Shown here one piece after another: positions 1 through 10,975 of a stretch of 61,215 bases of DNA. Within the stretch, counting starts at the first letter, position 1, and the number at the start of each line of letters is the position of its first letter. A model generated the notes under the pieces. That model was not told the origin of the DNA. It made no database searches and saw only the letters and a program-made list of their open reading frames with translations. The translations under genes and the position numbers were made by a program. Location of the stretch: the NCBI GenBank assembly GCA_947625625.1, contig CANQPC010000005.1:1-61215 (forward strand), given 5' to 3'. Origin of the DNA: an uncultured Bacilli bacterium (lineage in GTDB: Bacteria > Bacillota_I > Bacilli_A > RF39 > UBA660).

Positions 1-140
1 TTAATTTTTAGTATTTTTTAATCAAAAAATTCTATTTCTGTTGATAGTTTATTTATTCATGAGTCTGAATAGTTACTTATTTTAAATATTTTAGCGCTTA
101 TTATTGCCATTATAAAGTTAAAAAGTCCTAAAATAGGACT

Positions 141-2306
141 TTACTTTAATTCAAAAAAGCTATTAACGACGCGAGAAGAAATTCTCTTTGTAACAGCGGA
201 CTGAGAAGAATTTGGAACACTTACATCCGGCGAAACGACGACGATACTCATCTGCGGATTGACACTTGGCGAATAGCCGACAAAAGAAGAAGTAATCGTC
301 TCCGTATCGACAATGCCATCAGCATCAGTATCGATAAAACTTTGACTTGTTCCTGTTTTACCGGAAGAATTAGTATATACACCCATATAGCCATATCCTA
401 ATCCGCGAGTTACGACGGCACTGAAGCCTTCGTGAACACGATCGATATATTTTTGTTCGACAGATAGTTTTCCTAATTCAGTCTTACTAGCTTTATAAAT
501 TAAAGAACCAAATTGTTCTTCGTTATCACTAGGAGTATACACTTCCTTTAATAGATAAGGTTTTAGTCTCGTACCTCCATTAGCAATGGTATTTATGTAC
601 TGTGATAGCTGAATGGGCGTATACGTATCATACTGGCCTATCGAAAAGTCAAGAAGATGTCCGGGAAGCTTCGATGTTCCCATATAACCTAAGCTTTCGA
701 CGGGAAGGTCGATTCCGGTCTTGATACCGAGTCCAAATTCAGCATACATATCACGATACTTTTGAAAGGCTTCAGGATCTAATGATAAAGCTTCATTATA
801 TACGTAGTTTCCTTTTCCGACACGAATAGCTATTTTATACTGATAGACGTTTGAAGAATTTTGAAGAGCATAAATATCATCAATATTCCCCATTGTCTGC
901 CACGAACATTTTTCCGGAGTATCTTTAATTTTGATACATTCATCATATATGATACTTCCAATATCGATAGCGCCATATTTATAGCCAACCATCATCGAAG
1001 CACCCTTAACTATCGAACCGGGAGTAACGGGAAGAGTTACAACGCCCGGAGTATAATCGACAATGTACCTTTCACCATTATCACGTTCTTTAACCTGCTT
1101 GCCACTCATAGCTAATACTTCACCCGTATTGGGATCAGAAATAACGACAAAAGAGCGATTATAATAATTAGTTCCTGCTTCATATTTAGCATTCATTACT
1201 TCTTCCGACAAAATTTCTTCGAGTGTTTTTTGAAGATTAATATCGATTGTTAAGACAAGATCGTTACCACGTTTTCCTTCCGTGACTAATTCGTAACTAT
1301 TGTCCGATAATAACCTGTAACTAGCCTTAGTACCACGAAGGTAATCTTCATATTGGTACTCTAAATAAGAAATACCTACTCGGTCATCTAAAGAGTAACC
1401 TTTCTCTAAATATTCTTTCGATAATTCCGAAGGTATCCCCTGAGTATTTGACGATACTGAACCTAAAATGGTTTTAAATACATCTCCATAAGGATATGTC
1501 CTTTCCCAATCTAATTTGGTATTAAATCCTTTTAAATTATCAATATTTTCACTAATGTAAGCATATTCTTCTTCGGTTACATTAGCATTCTTAATTATTT
1601 TTTCAGCATAAGAGTACCCTTTATTCATAAGATAATATATATATGCAGCCTCTTTGTCAATTTCAGTATATTCTTTAATTTCTTCTTCGATTCTTTCAAA
1701 AATTAAAGCTTCAATATCACTGTCAGATAGTTTTCTTTTTGAATATAATTCCCATTCTTCATCCGTTATTTTTTTTCGCGAAGCATCATAATTTTGATGA
1801 TAATAAAAGTTCTTAAGTTGCTTTTCAGTTACTTTAGAATAGTCAACTTCAATATTATTAGCAATCGTGTAAGCAAGTTCAATCTCTTCCGAAGCTTTAA
1901 TACCATTTTGTTTTTTATAATAAATAGTTTTAATAGCCTCATTATCTACTAAAATATTGTAGTTGCGATCATATATTCTTCCGCGCGGTGCACTAGTACT
2001 TTCAATTTTCTTTTCCGTCGAATAGGCAAGTTTTTCAGTATATACTTCTTCTTGCATAATTTGAAGATAGAATAATCTAATTCCTACTACCGAAAAGAGC
2101 GCAATAGTAACGACAATAATAATATTAAATCTTCTTTCCATAACTTCTTTTAAGTATTTACTACTACTTTTAACTTTACGATTAATAGGTTTAGTTTTTT
2201 TCTTTACTTCGAGATGCTTTTTATTATTATTTACTTTTTTAGTCTTATTAATTGGCTTTTTACTTTTTTTTATTTCGAGAGTTATTTTTTTCTTTTTCTT
2301 TAACAT
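141..2306 (-). CDS. Class B penicillin-binding protein (PBP2-like transpeptidase)
   Basis: N-terminal TM helix, PRGRIYDRN dimerisation motif, SxxK (GSIVK), SxN (SSN), KTG (GKTGT). Confidence 0.92.
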   Translation of the reverse strand: MLKKKKKITLEIKKSKKPINKTKKVNNNKKHLEVKKKTKPINRKVKSSSKYLKEVMERRFNIIIVVTIALFSVVGIRLFYLQIMQEEVYTEKLAYSTEKKIESTSAPRGRIYDRNYNILVDNEAIKTIYYKKQNGIKASEEIELAYTIANNIEVDYSKVTEKQLKNFYYHQNYDASRKKITDEEWELYSKRKLSDSDIEALIFERIEEEIKEYTEIDKEAAYIYYLMNKGYSYAEKIIKNANVTEEEYAYISENIDNLKGFNTKLDWERTYPYGDVFKTILGSVSSNTQGIPSELSKEYLEKGYSLDDRVGISYLEYQYEDYLRGTKASYRLLSDNSYELVTEGKRGNDLVLTIDINLQKTLEEILSEEVMNAKYEAGTNYYNRSFVVISDPNTGEVLAMSGKQVKERDNGERYIVDYTPGVVTLPVTPGSIVKGASMMVGYKYGAIDIGSIIYDECIKIKDTPEKCSWQTMGNIDDIYALQNSSNVYQYKIAIRVGKGNYVYNEALSLDPEAFQKYRDMYAEFGLGIKTGIDLPVESLGYMGTSKLPGHLLDFSIGQYDTYTPIQLSQYINTIANGGTRLKPYLLKEVYTPSDNEEQFGSLIYKASKTELGKLSVEQKYIDRVHEGFSAVVTRGLGYGYMGVYTNSSGKTGTSQSFIDTDADGIVDTETITSSFVGYSPSVNPQMSIVVVSPDVSVPNSSQSAVTKRISSRVVNSFFELK

Positions 2307-2373
2307 AGATTACCCTCCATTAATATTATAACATAAATATTATATTTATACATATAGTTAATTAGGTGAAATA

Positions 2374-2655
2374 ATGAACATTTATTTAATTGAAGAATAT
2401 GTAAATAGACTTAAAAAAAGTGATATTGTCTTTTTTGCTCTCAAGCAAGGAATAATTTTAGATAGCACGGAGACGGACTTAATATACAGTTATATAAAAA
2501 AAGATTACAAGACTATTATATATGGTAATCCTAAAGATATACTACAGGAAATCAAAGAGAAAGTAAAACCTTTGACTTATAATAAAATAGAGAATTTATA
2601 TTTAAAATTTAAAGATAAAATTGATAACTTTACAAAAAAGATAAGAGAAAACTAA
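2374..2655 (+). CDS. DUF2624/YqfT-like small protein
   Basis: 93 aa, convergent with nfo, next to which yqfT lies in Bacillus; CATAnnnTA-type promoter just upstream. Confidence 0.5.
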   Translation: MNIYLIEEYVNRLKKSDIVFFALKQGIILDSTETDLIYSYIKKDYKTIIYGNPKDILQEIKEKVKPLTYNKIENLYLKFKDKIDNFTKKIREN

Positions 2656-3548
2656 CCTCTTATCTTTTTTATTAAATCAGAATCGAACTTTTTGTCTTTT
2701 ATCATTTGGATTTCGTATTTGTATGGTGAAAATTCTCTCTCTTTAGAAGTATCATCTCTAGTTACATAAGGTGTTTCCAATATCTTTGGAATATTTTCCA
2801 ATCTCTCATTATAGATTACATTAATTAAATTATCGAAACCAATGGTTCCAAAACCGATATTTTCATGACGGTCTTTATGACTTTCTCTCATATTTTTACT
2901 ATCGTTGACATGGATGCAGCCTACTTTATTCAAACCTATTTCACGGTCAAAATCATCTAATAATTTATCGAAATTAGCGATATCATAACCAGCATCATTT
3001 AAATGACAAGTATCTAGACATACTCCTATTTTATTTTGATATTTAATATTTTTAATAATAGACTTTATTTCCTCAAAGGTCTTACCTATTTCATTTCCTT
3101 TCCCGGCCATTGTCTCTAAAAGAATAGTAACATCAAAGTTATTATCTAAAATTAAATTCAAGCCATCAGAAATATTTTTAATTGCTTCCTCTCTCGGACA
3201 GTTAACTGCAGAACCGGGATGCAAGACTAGATATTTTATTCCTAGAGTATTACACCTTTCTACTTCATTCTTAAGAAAAGAGACAGAAAAATCAAAATTA
3301 TTTAGATTAGCAAGATTGACAATATAAGGAGCATGGACGATAACTTTATTTATATCGATATTATTTTCTTTCATTAATTTAAAAGCTTCGACAGTTAAAT
3401 TTTTATCTATTTCTCCCCTAGTGGTATTTTGTGGTGCACCTGTATAAAACATAAATGTATTAGCCCCATACGATAAGGCTTCTTTAACAGATCCTACAAG
3501 ACCAGTACTATTTTTATATGAGACATGACTTCCAATTATTAAATTCAT
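2652..3548 (-). CDS. nfo: Endonuclease IV
   Basis: IGSHVS, HAPYIVNLA, HPGS, LETMAGKG, CLDTCH, HVNDSK, DRHENIG, LETP motifs. Confidence 0.97.
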   Translation of the reverse strand: MNLIIGSHVSYKNSTGLVGSVKEALSYGANTFMFYTGAPQNTTRGEIDKNLTVEAFKLMKENNIDINKVIVHAPYIVNLANLNNFDFSVSFLKNEVERCNTLGIKYLVLHPGSAVNCPREEAIKNISDGLNLILDNNFDVTILLETMAGKGNEIGKTFEEIKSIIKNIKYQNKIGVCLDTCHLNDAGYDIANFDKLLDDFDREIGLNKVGCIHVNDSKNMRESHKDRHENIGFGTIGFDNLINVIYNERLENIPKILETPYVTRDDTSKEREFSPYKYEIQMIKDKKFDSDLIKKIRG

Positions 3549-3642
3549 TGTATACTTCCTTTCCTAACATAATTATACTATTTATTGCCATAAAAGTCAC
3601 GATAAATTAGCAAAAGAAAAAGACGTAAGTAAACGCCTTTAA

Positions 3643-4140
3643 TTATTGTTTATGACCAGTCTCTTGAGAGCTTACTGCCCATACTTTTTTACCAGAAATT
3701 GAAAACTTTCCTTCAGTACTTGTTGCTATTAATAATACTTCCGCTCCTCCATTAGATTTTAATCTAATAGCGGAACAAGTAGCATCTGTCGTATTACCTT
3801 CTATATTACCAGTAGGTGCCGTGCCTGTCAAAACAACATCTTTTGAAGAAAGATCCAATTTTTCTGCTAACCCACCACTATTAATATCTCCGATACATTG
3901 CCAATCGGCTTTTGCATAGTTACCTTCACCCAATGCTGAAGTAGAAGCTAGTAAATCCTGTGCTACCATTGTATCATAGCTATTGGCAATTGAACCAGCC
4001 AAATTCCAAATACTATTTACTCTAGCATCTTCAATAGTGGTAATAATTGTAGGTACCGTAACGACAACGATAATAGCTAATATAACAATAACCGCTAGTA
4101 ATTCGATTAATGTAAAACCTTTTTTATTTAATTTTTTCAT
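3643..4140 (-). CDS. Type IV pilin-like protein (prepilin cleavage/methylation motif)
   Basis: MKKLNKKG|FTLIELLAVIVILAII class III signal peptide with E5; AGAGGAGG RBS before ATG at 4140. Confidence 0.9.
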   Translation of the reverse strand: MKKLNKKGFTLIELLAVIVILAIIVVVTVPTIITTIEDARVNSIWNLAGSIANSYDTMVAQDLLASTSALGEGNYAKADWQCIGDINSGGLAEKLDLSSKDVVLTGTAPTGNIEGNTTDATCSAIRLKSNGGAEVLLIATSTEGKFSISGKKVWAVSSQETGHKQ

Positions 4141-4307
4141 ACTTATTATTTCCTCCTCTATTCTACAATTCAATATTACCATAAATTTTTTTTTTAGTCA
4201 ATTACTTTTGATAATCAAACATAAATTATTACAAATTTGTAATTAAAAAAAATGTACAACTATTGTGCAGTAAGTTTTATAATCATGTATAATATCTCCT
4301 AAGCAAT

Positions 4308-5360
4308 TTATTTGCTTTCTATTTGTTTTGTTTCATTCATTAATCTATCAAAATCTGATACATAGTTTCTATCTTGTATAACTTTATATTTTTCATATTC
4401 ATTTTCTGCTTTTTTTAATGCTTGATGATGAGAAATTGTACCTTTTCCTTCTAATATATTATAATGAAAAACTTTTAAAGCATTTTCAACTTCGTTTTTC
4501 CAATCATTCATATACATTGCAATATTTCTTTCAGCATTATTTTCAGCTATATCTAAAAATAAGTTCACTAAATTATTTAAATTTTTGAGTTCTTTTTCAT
4601 CTAAATAATTTTTGGCAATAGTAATGTCTGATTTTAGTATTTTACCATCAGGTGATTTTTCCCAATTGGTAAGTCCCATATTTTCTTTTGTAGAATCAGC
4701 TCTGTTATAAACTATTTCAGCAGCGGTTTGCCCTGTTATGGCGTAATGAAATTTATTTTGAATCGTCTTATAAAATTCCATTGCTATTTCACTATTTTTA
4801 TCATAATCAATTGAACATTCTGAAAAAATATCGGTAATTTTTTGATAAAACATTCTTTCACTTGTACGAATTAATTTAATTCTTTCAAGTAATCTTTGAA
4901 AATATTCTTGGTCTTTCTTATTAGCTTTCATAAATCTTTCATCATTTAATACAAAGCCTTGAATCATATAATCTTTAATTATTTTATTGGCCCAAGTTCT
5001 AAATTTAATTGCTTTTTTAGAATTAACCCTAAATCCTATAGAAATAATCATATCAAGATTATAATATTTTGTATTATAAGTTTGTTTTCCTTTGTTACCC
5101 ATATGTTCTATTTTGGAACATGTGATATTTTCTTCAAGTTCACCATCATTATATATATTGTTAATATGTTTAGTAATCGCTGGTCTTTTAACATTAAAAA
5201 GTGTTGCTAAGGCTTCAGTATTTAACCAAACATCTTCATTTTGAAGTAATACTTCAACTTTAGTATTTCCTTCTTCATCATTATAAAATAAAATATTTTT
5301 TTCATTTCCGATTAATTTATCTTTCACATTTACACTTCCTCTAAAAAAGTATACCAACAT
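4308..5360 (-). CDS. RhuM-family DNA-binding ('virulence RhuM') protein
   Basis: YYNLDMIISIGFRVNS, FRTWA, IRTSERMFYQKITDIF, QNKFHYAITGQTAAE; true start may be the GTG near 5327. Confidence 0.9.
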   Translation of the reverse strand: MLVYFFRGSVNVKDKLIGNEKNILFYNDEEGNTKVEVLLQNEDVWLNTEALATLFNVKRPAITKHINNIYNDGELEENITCSKIEHMGNKGKQTYNTKYYNLDMIISIGFRVNSKKAIKFRTWANKIIKDYMIQGFVLNDERFMKANKKDQEYFQRLLERIKLIRTSERMFYQKITDIFSECSIDYDKNSEIAMEFYKTIQNKFHYAITGQTAAEIVYNRADSTKENMGLTNWEKSPDGKILKSDITIAKNYLDEKELKNLNNLVNLFLDIAENNAERNIAMYMNDWKNEVENALKVFHYNILEGKGTISHHQALKKAENEYEKYKVIQDRNYVSDFDRLMNETKQIESK

Positions 5361-6179
5361 TTACAAATTTTTGACTTTAACTTTGTGATGATTATCTTCT
5401 TCAAAGCATTCATATGATGACGATAAGTCAAGATTACTTAAAATTATTCCTAGATTACTATCGAGAGGAATTTCAGGATGCTCTTTTAAATATGATGAAA
5501 ATACTTCACCAAAAAAATAACGTAAATGATAATCGACGACATTAGGAACATTTCTTTTCATAAGTCTACTAACGATTTGGGAATCAAATTTTTTCTCATT
5601 TAGTTTTCCTTTTAAGTAAAGCTTTTCGTAGTAATATTCATAAAGAGCGGATTCTAAATGTCTTCGAGCAAAATATAGTCTATTATTTTGCGTTACATCT
5701 ATTAAAGATGTATATGCTGGTGATATATTTTGTAAATAGTTAACATAAGCATTTTCAATAGCACGAGGAAATACTTCGGCAAAAATAGTATAATGATCGT
5801 CAATAATATGGGGAGTTAAATTTCTATCAATGTAATGACTTAATTCATGAGCGAAAAGAAAATAATCGTAACTACTTTGATGAGGAGAAATATAGGCTTT
5901 GTTGGAATTAATATTAACGTAAGAGTCTTTTAAATCATTACTGATGACAATTCTTCCTCTACTTAATCCATCCATGATTATTTTGTAGTAATCGATATTA
6001 TATTCACGGTAAAAGTTTAATAATGTTTCAAGACTAAATGGAATATCGGCATTATAAGATATATACTTCCTCTTAGGAAACTGTTTGTAATATTTTTTTA
6101 TTTCTTTTGGAGAAAGATATTTTTCCATTTTGACTTGCTCTTCAATTTTTTGTAAAAAGTTTATATATTCTTCATTCAT
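5361..6179 (-). CDS. Hypothetical protein with HExxH zinc-peptidase-like motif
   Basis: FAHELSH followed by FAEVF (possible third ligand). Confidence 0.5.
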   Translation of the reverse strand: MNEEYINFLQKIEEQVKMEKYLSPKEIKKYYKQFPKRKYISYNADIPFSLETLLNFYREYNIDYYKIIMDGLSRGRIVISNDLKDSYVNINSNKAYISPHQSSYDYFLFAHELSHYIDRNLTPHIIDDHYTIFAEVFPRAIENAYVNYLQNISPAYTSLIDVTQNNRLYFARRHLESALYEYYYEKLYLKGKLNEKKFDSQIVSRLMKRNVPNVVDYHLRYFFGEVFSSYLKEHPEIPLDSNLGIILSNLDLSSSYECFEEDNHHKVKVKNL

Positions 6180-6732
6180 TGTTTTCCTCTTTTCGATAAA
6201 TACTTACGTATTTATTACCATATTTTTTATATTTATAAAGATTTAATTGGGGATAGCTTTCTTTTAGCTTATCAAAACTATATTCTAAGACTAAAATACC
6301 TTTGTTTGCTAAAAGGTCATAATCTAAAACTAAATTTATTATTTTTTCGATAACTTGCATTTTGTAAGGAGCATCTACTAAAATAAGATTAAATTTAAGA
6401 TTATTATTTTTTAAATATTTTAGAGCTTCTAGATAGTCTTTATCTAAGATAATACTTTTATTTTTAAGCTTTAAATTATTAATATTTTGATTTAAGTAAA
6501 GTAAAATATCTTTATTATTGTCGACAAAGTAGCATTCTTTAGCACCACGAGATAGGGCTTCGATACCGAGACTGCCCGTTCCACAAAATAAGTCTAAGAC
6601 AGTAGAAGAGATAATATTATCTTGAAGACTATCAAAGATAGATTCTTTTACTCGATCCATCGTCGGTCTTGTCGTCTTAATTTCATAACCTTCGATTTTT
6701 CGGCCTTTTAAAGTACCACTTATTACTCTCAT
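6172..6732 (-). CDS. rsmD: 16S rRNA m2G966 methyltransferase
   Basis: MRVISG..KGR, TRPT.DRVKES, LDLFCGTGSLGIEALSRGA, DAPY. Confidence 0.95.
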   Translation of the reverse strand: MRVISGTLKGRKIEGYEIKTTRPTMDRVKESIFDSLQDNIISSTVLDLFCGTGSLGIEALSRGAKECYFVDNNKDILLYLNQNINNLKLKNKSIILDKDYLEALKYLKNNNLKFNLILVDAPYKMQVIEKIINLVLDYDLLANKGILVLEYSFDKLKESYPQLNLYKYKKYGNKYVSIYRKEENNE

Positions 6733-7025
6733 GACTTACAACTCCTTATGTCGGTATAATCATTAAACTTTTTATTTATCTTCAAAACATAGTAAAATAA
6801 TTCATTATAATATTTCATATAATTACGATAATCTTCATTTTCATATATTTCTTTTTTTAACGATATTTTTTCATACTGGACTTCCGATTTATTATACTTG
6901 GTAATTAAATCCATTAGTTTGCTATTCATAAGTACTTTACTTTTATAATGTTCGAGCTTTTCGATTAGAGAACTTTTTTCGAAAGTGTCAATTAGGGCTT
7001 TAGTTTTTTGGATGACATCATTCAT
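6729..7025 (-). CDS. YlbF/YmcA-family regulator-like protein
   Basis: 98-aa helical protein ending in SC, directly upstream of rsmD as ylbF is in Bacilli. Confidence 0.5.
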   Translation of the reverse strand: MNDVIQKTKALIDTFEKSSLIEKLEHYKSKVLMNSKLMDLITKYNKSEVQYEKISLKKEIYENEDYRNYMKYYNELFYYVLKINKKFNDYTDIRSCKS

Positions 7026-7462
7026 TAGTGATACTTGATACTCTTTTCCATTTCTTTTTTGATATCGCGCTCTTTAAGGGCTTCTTTTTTATTATAGTTT
7101 TTCTTACCCTTAGCTACACCGATCTCGACTTTAGCTTTTCCTCGAACAAAATATATTTTTAAAGGTATTAAAGTATAACCTTCTATTTCTAATTTATTTT
7201 TTAATTTGAGTATTTCTCTTTTATGAAGAAGAAGTTTTCTCGTTCTTTTTTCTTCGTGATTAAATCTATTACCTTCGTTATATAAAGAAATATGCGCATT
7301 TAATAGGTATATTTCATCTTTTTTTATGATGGCATAACTATCTTTAATATTTGCTTTACCTTGACGAATAGATTTAATTTCAGTACCTGTTAAAACGATA
7401 CCGGCTTCATAAGTATCTTCAATTTCATAATTGTATCTTGCACTTCGATTTAATATTTCCAT
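7025..7462 (-). CDS. smpB: SsrA-binding protein
   Basis: NRSARYNY, EAGIVLTGTEIKSIR, RKLLLHKREI. Confidence 0.97.
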   Translation of the reverse strand: MEILNRSARYNYEIEDTYEAGIVLTGTEIKSIRQGKANIKDSYAIIKKDEIYLLNAHISLYNEGNRFNHEEKRTRKLLLHKREILKLKNKLEIEGYTLIPLKIYFVRGKAKVEIGVAKGKKNYNKKEALKERDIKKEMEKSIKYH

Positions 7463-7545
7463 AATGATAGTCCTTTCTTCTTAATTATAGCAGAAACATT
7501 AATTAAAATAAAGAAATTTATTTGTGTATTTAAAAAAAGTGAGTA

Positions 7546-8787
7546 TTACTCACTTAAAGCCGCTACTGGTACGGTATCGTCCATACTTTTGATAACTGCA
7601 CTATATTTATTATATAATCTTTGATAATCACTATTGTAATTAGCTATATCTGGATTAGAAAAAGGAATAACTTTATAGTTTCGCCAATTAGGATGTGACG
7701 TATATAATAGTTCGTTATTTAAATCACTTAAGGAGATGGTCGTAGCATCACCTTTGACATTTTTAGTAATCTTTATACTAGTTAAAAGGCCTACCATTTT
7801 GGCATAATCTAAATCAGTTTCTTGAGCGGAAATTAAATTACCTAGTGAATAGATAACTAAAGTGTCATCAATCCAAGTAACGGGCATAACGACATGTGGA
7901 TGTGAACCGATTACGATATCGACACCAAGTTCAGCGAGGAAATTAGCCATATCTATTTGGTAGGCAGTTGGAGTATGCGTATATTCGACTCCCCAGTGCA
8001 TAGCGACCATAAGGACGTCGACTTTATCACGAACACGTTCGATATCAGCTTTGACGGTTTCCTTATATTCTTGATAGGCACTATCGGAAGATGGATCATA
8101 ACCATTAGTCGGCCAAACATTGACAAGATATTCTTTACCACTTGGGACAGGAATGCCATTAGTTCCATAAGTATACGATAAAAGAGTATAAGAAATATTG
8201 TTCTTTTCTTTTATTCTTATTTCATTTCTCTCTTCTTCAGAACAGTAGCTACCCGCTGATAAGACGTCCTCTTTACTATTCCAATAATTACAAGAATTCA
8301 TAATTGCCTGCTCGCCACGATCCATCGTATGATTAGTAGCAAGACTAACTAAATTAAAGCCAATATTAATCATTTCATCTCCTACTTCGTAGGGAGAATT
8401 AAAACAGGGATAAGATGATAAGCCAATTTCATCTCCTCCTAATATGGTCTCCTGATTATAATAGGCTAAATCATAAGGCTCAATTATTTCTTTTAAATAT
8501 TCGTACATAGGGCTAAAATCGTAGCCATTATAGCTAGCATTTCTATTAGCTTCAGCATATATTCCATCGTGAATTAGATTATCTCCAACCATGGCTAAAG
8601 AAAGTTCATAGGTCTCTTCTTTAGGAGCACTCGAAGTATTATTGGGCTTTGTTTCTGTTTTATTAGTGAATCCTTCAAGGGCATATTTTATACCAAAACC
8701 TATTCCCGATATTACTATTATTAAAATAATAAGGCAAAGGAAAATACGGCCTTTACGTAATTTTCTTTTTACTCTTCTCTTTTTCAT
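7546..8787 (-). CDS. CapA-family metallophosphoesterase, membrane anchored
   Basis: VGDNLIH, NQET, ATNHTMD, MHWGVEY, GSHPHV, YSLGN. Confidence 0.9.
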   Translation of the reverse strand: MKKRRVKRKLRKGRIFLCLIILIIVISGIGFGIKYALEGFTNKTETKPNNTSSAPKEETYELSLAMVGDNLIHDGIYAEANRNASYNGYDFSPMYEYLKEIIEPYDLAYYNQETILGGDEIGLSSYPCFNSPYEVGDEMINIGFNLVSLATNHTMDRGEQAIMNSCNYWNSKEDVLSAGSYCSEEERNEIRIKEKNNISYTLLSYTYGTNGIPVPSGKEYLVNVWPTNGYDPSSDSAYQEYKETVKADIERVRDKVDVLMVAMHWGVEYTHTPTAYQIDMANFLAELGVDIVIGSHPHVVMPVTWIDDTLVIYSLGNLISAQETDLDYAKMVGLLTSIKITKNVKGDATTISLSDLNNELLYTSHPNWRNYKVIPFSNPDIANYNSDYQRLYNKYSAVIKSMDDTVPVAALSE

Positions 8788-8812
8788 TATTTACTCCTTA
8801 ATATATAAATTA

Positions 8813-10936
8813 TTATTTATTTTTGTCTTTTTTATTTTCTTTTTTAGGATCATATATTTCAAAGTCGACAGTCATACGATTTTTATCCGCTGATAAAACT
8901 TTGACAGTAATATCATCTCCAAAGGTATATCTTTTTCCGGTACGTTTACCTACTAAAGATAGCATATCGTTATTTAGTGTATAGTAGTCTCCTTTGATGT
9001 CTTCTACTTTTATTAAGCCTTCGACGGTATTTTCTAGTTCGACAAAAATACCAAATTCTTGGACTCCCGAAATTATTCCATGATAAACTTCTCCGAGATG
9101 ATCCATCATATATTCTGCCTTCTTCATCTTATCGACATCTCGCTCACAATTTTGAGCGTCCTGTTCTCGCTTCGAACAATGTTCTGATAAAGTAGGTAGT
9201 TTCTCTCTTAACTCGCTTATGATATTATCACTATAGTTATAGTTATAATCGCGAATGAGACGATGAAGGATTAAATCGGGATATCTTCGAATTGGCGAAG
9301 TAAAATGACTGTAGCATTTACTGCCAAGACCAAAATGACCGATATTGATGTCCGAATAAATGGCTTTAGCTTGACTTCTAATAGCCATATCATGTAATAT
9401 TTTGACTTCTTTGACATCTTTAAGCTGCTCTAAAATATTTTGAAGGTCTTTCGAACTAGTAATTTTATTCTTGCCATTGACAACATAGCCATGAAGAGCT
9501 AAAAATTTCATAAATTCTGTAAGTCTTTTTTCGTCTGGTTTATCGTGAACACGATAAATACCCGGTAAATTCTTATAATAAATCGAACTGGCGACAGTTT
9601 CATTAGCGGCAATCATAAAGTTTTCGATAAGTTCTTCACCACTTCTTTGCTCTCTTGCTTCAATCGAAATGGGATGACAATTTTCGTCAACTTTAATTTT
9701 AGCTTCATCACTTTCGAATTCGATATAGCCTCTTTGAATCATTTTTTTACGAAGAATTTTAGATAGTTCATTCATAAGAAGAAGTGTATCTTTAAATGGT
9801 TCATAGCCAACTACTGACTTTCCTTCTTCTAAGATAACATTTACTTCTTCGTATGTCATCTTTTTACGACTGCGAATAATCGAGGGAAAAATATCATATT
9901 TTAAGACATTTCCTTTATCGTCGATAGACATCTCACAGCTCATAGCAAAACGGTCTTCATTTTCATTTAGAGAACAAATACCATTAGATAGCTTATGAGG
10001 TAGCATCGGAATAACACGGTCGACTAAATAGACAGACGTTCCGCGGAAATAAGCTTCATCATCTAGCTTTGTACCTTCTCTAACATAATATGATACGTCG
10101 GCAATATGGACTCCTAAATGGTAGTAACCGCCATCATCCTTTGATAGGGAAATAGCATCATCAATATCTTTAGTATCGGCACCATCGATAGTAAAAATTA
10201 CTTTCTCACGTAAATCAATACGGCCTTTCGATAGTTCTTTATCTATTTCTTCTTCGGTTAAAAACTGCGGAATTTCTTTAATCTCTTCTTTTACTTCGTT
10301 AGGAAATTCAGGATGAAAATCATACTTGTAGACAAAAGATAAGATATCGACACCGACATCATTTTTATGGCCGATAATAGTCGTAATCTCCCCGACTCTC
10401 TTTCCTTCTTTGAGAGGATTTACTACTACTTTATGTCCTTCGACAGCACCCGATAATTTATCTTTAGGAATATAAATATCTTGACCCTTTCTATCAGGTC
10501 TAACGTAATATGATCCATCTATTAGAATTACTTCGCCAATAATTGGATCATAATTTCTCTTAATTATTTTAATTATTTTTCCTTCGGGATGCTGGCTGTC
10601 TTTATTTAAATATTCGAATAGAACAAAATCTCCATCTAAAGCTCCATTTATATTTTTTTCATTGACATAAACGTCCTTAACTTCATCATTAATTTCAATA
10701 AAACCAAAACCTTTCTCATTTAAAATGAGTCTTCCCTTAATTAAGTGACTATTTTCTAAAAGAAGATATTTCTTCTTGCGGTCACTGTAGTATAGTACTC
10801 CATCTTCGACGAGGGAATCTAAATCATTTTCTAATCTTTGATATTCTTCGATAGTACTTAAATGTAATTTATCGTTGATTTCCATTATCGTAAGAGAAGT
10901 ATTTTCTGTCAATATATTTATTATTTTATCTTTCAT
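8813..10936 (-). CDS. rnr: Ribonuclease R
   Basis: CSD domains, TIDGADTKDIDDA RNB motif, HFTSPIRRYPDL, C-terminal S1; secG-rnr-smpB order. Confidence 0.97.
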   Translation of the reverse strand: MKDKIINILTENTSLTIMEINDKLHLSTIEEYQRLENDLDSLVEDGVLYYSDRKKKYLLLENSHLIKGRLILNEKGFGFIEINDEVKDVYVNEKNINGALDGDFVLFEYLNKDSQHPEGKIIKIIKRNYDPIIGEVILIDGSYYVRPDRKGQDIYIPKDKLSGAVEGHKVVVNPLKEGKRVGEITTIIGHKNDVGVDILSFVYKYDFHPEFPNEVKEEIKEIPQFLTEEEIDKELSKGRIDLREKVIFTIDGADTKDIDDAISLSKDDGGYYHLGVHIADVSYYVREGTKLDDEAYFRGTSVYLVDRVIPMLPHKLSNGICSLNENEDRFAMSCEMSIDDKGNVLKYDIFPSIIRSRKKMTYEEVNVILEEGKSVVGYEPFKDTLLLMNELSKILRKKMIQRGYIEFESDEAKIKVDENCHPISIEAREQRSGEELIENFMIAANETVASSIYYKNLPGIYRVHDKPDEKRLTEFMKFLALHGYVVNGKNKITSSKDLQNILEQLKDVKEVKILHDMAIRSQAKAIYSDINIGHFGLGSKCYSHFTSPIRRYPDLILHRLIRDYNYNYSDNIISELREKLPTLSEHCSKREQDAQNCERDVDKMKKAEYMMDHLGEVYHGIISGVQEFGIFVELENTVEGLIKVEDIKGDYYTLNNDMLSLVGKRTGKRYTFGDDITVKVLSADKNRMTVDFEIYDPKKENKKDKNK

Positions 10937-10975
10937 AAGGGCCTCCAATTGAGAAAAAGACTTAAATTTTAAGTC

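Noticed and set aside
1-111. Short minus-strand frame with an internal TGA, suggesting genetic code 4
   Set aside because: TGA ends genuine genes elsewhere (rsmD, trmD, second proS) and Trp is encoded by TGG
7025-7545. tmRNA gene near smpB
   Set aside because: No GGGG...TCCACCA tmRNA ends and no intergenic space for it
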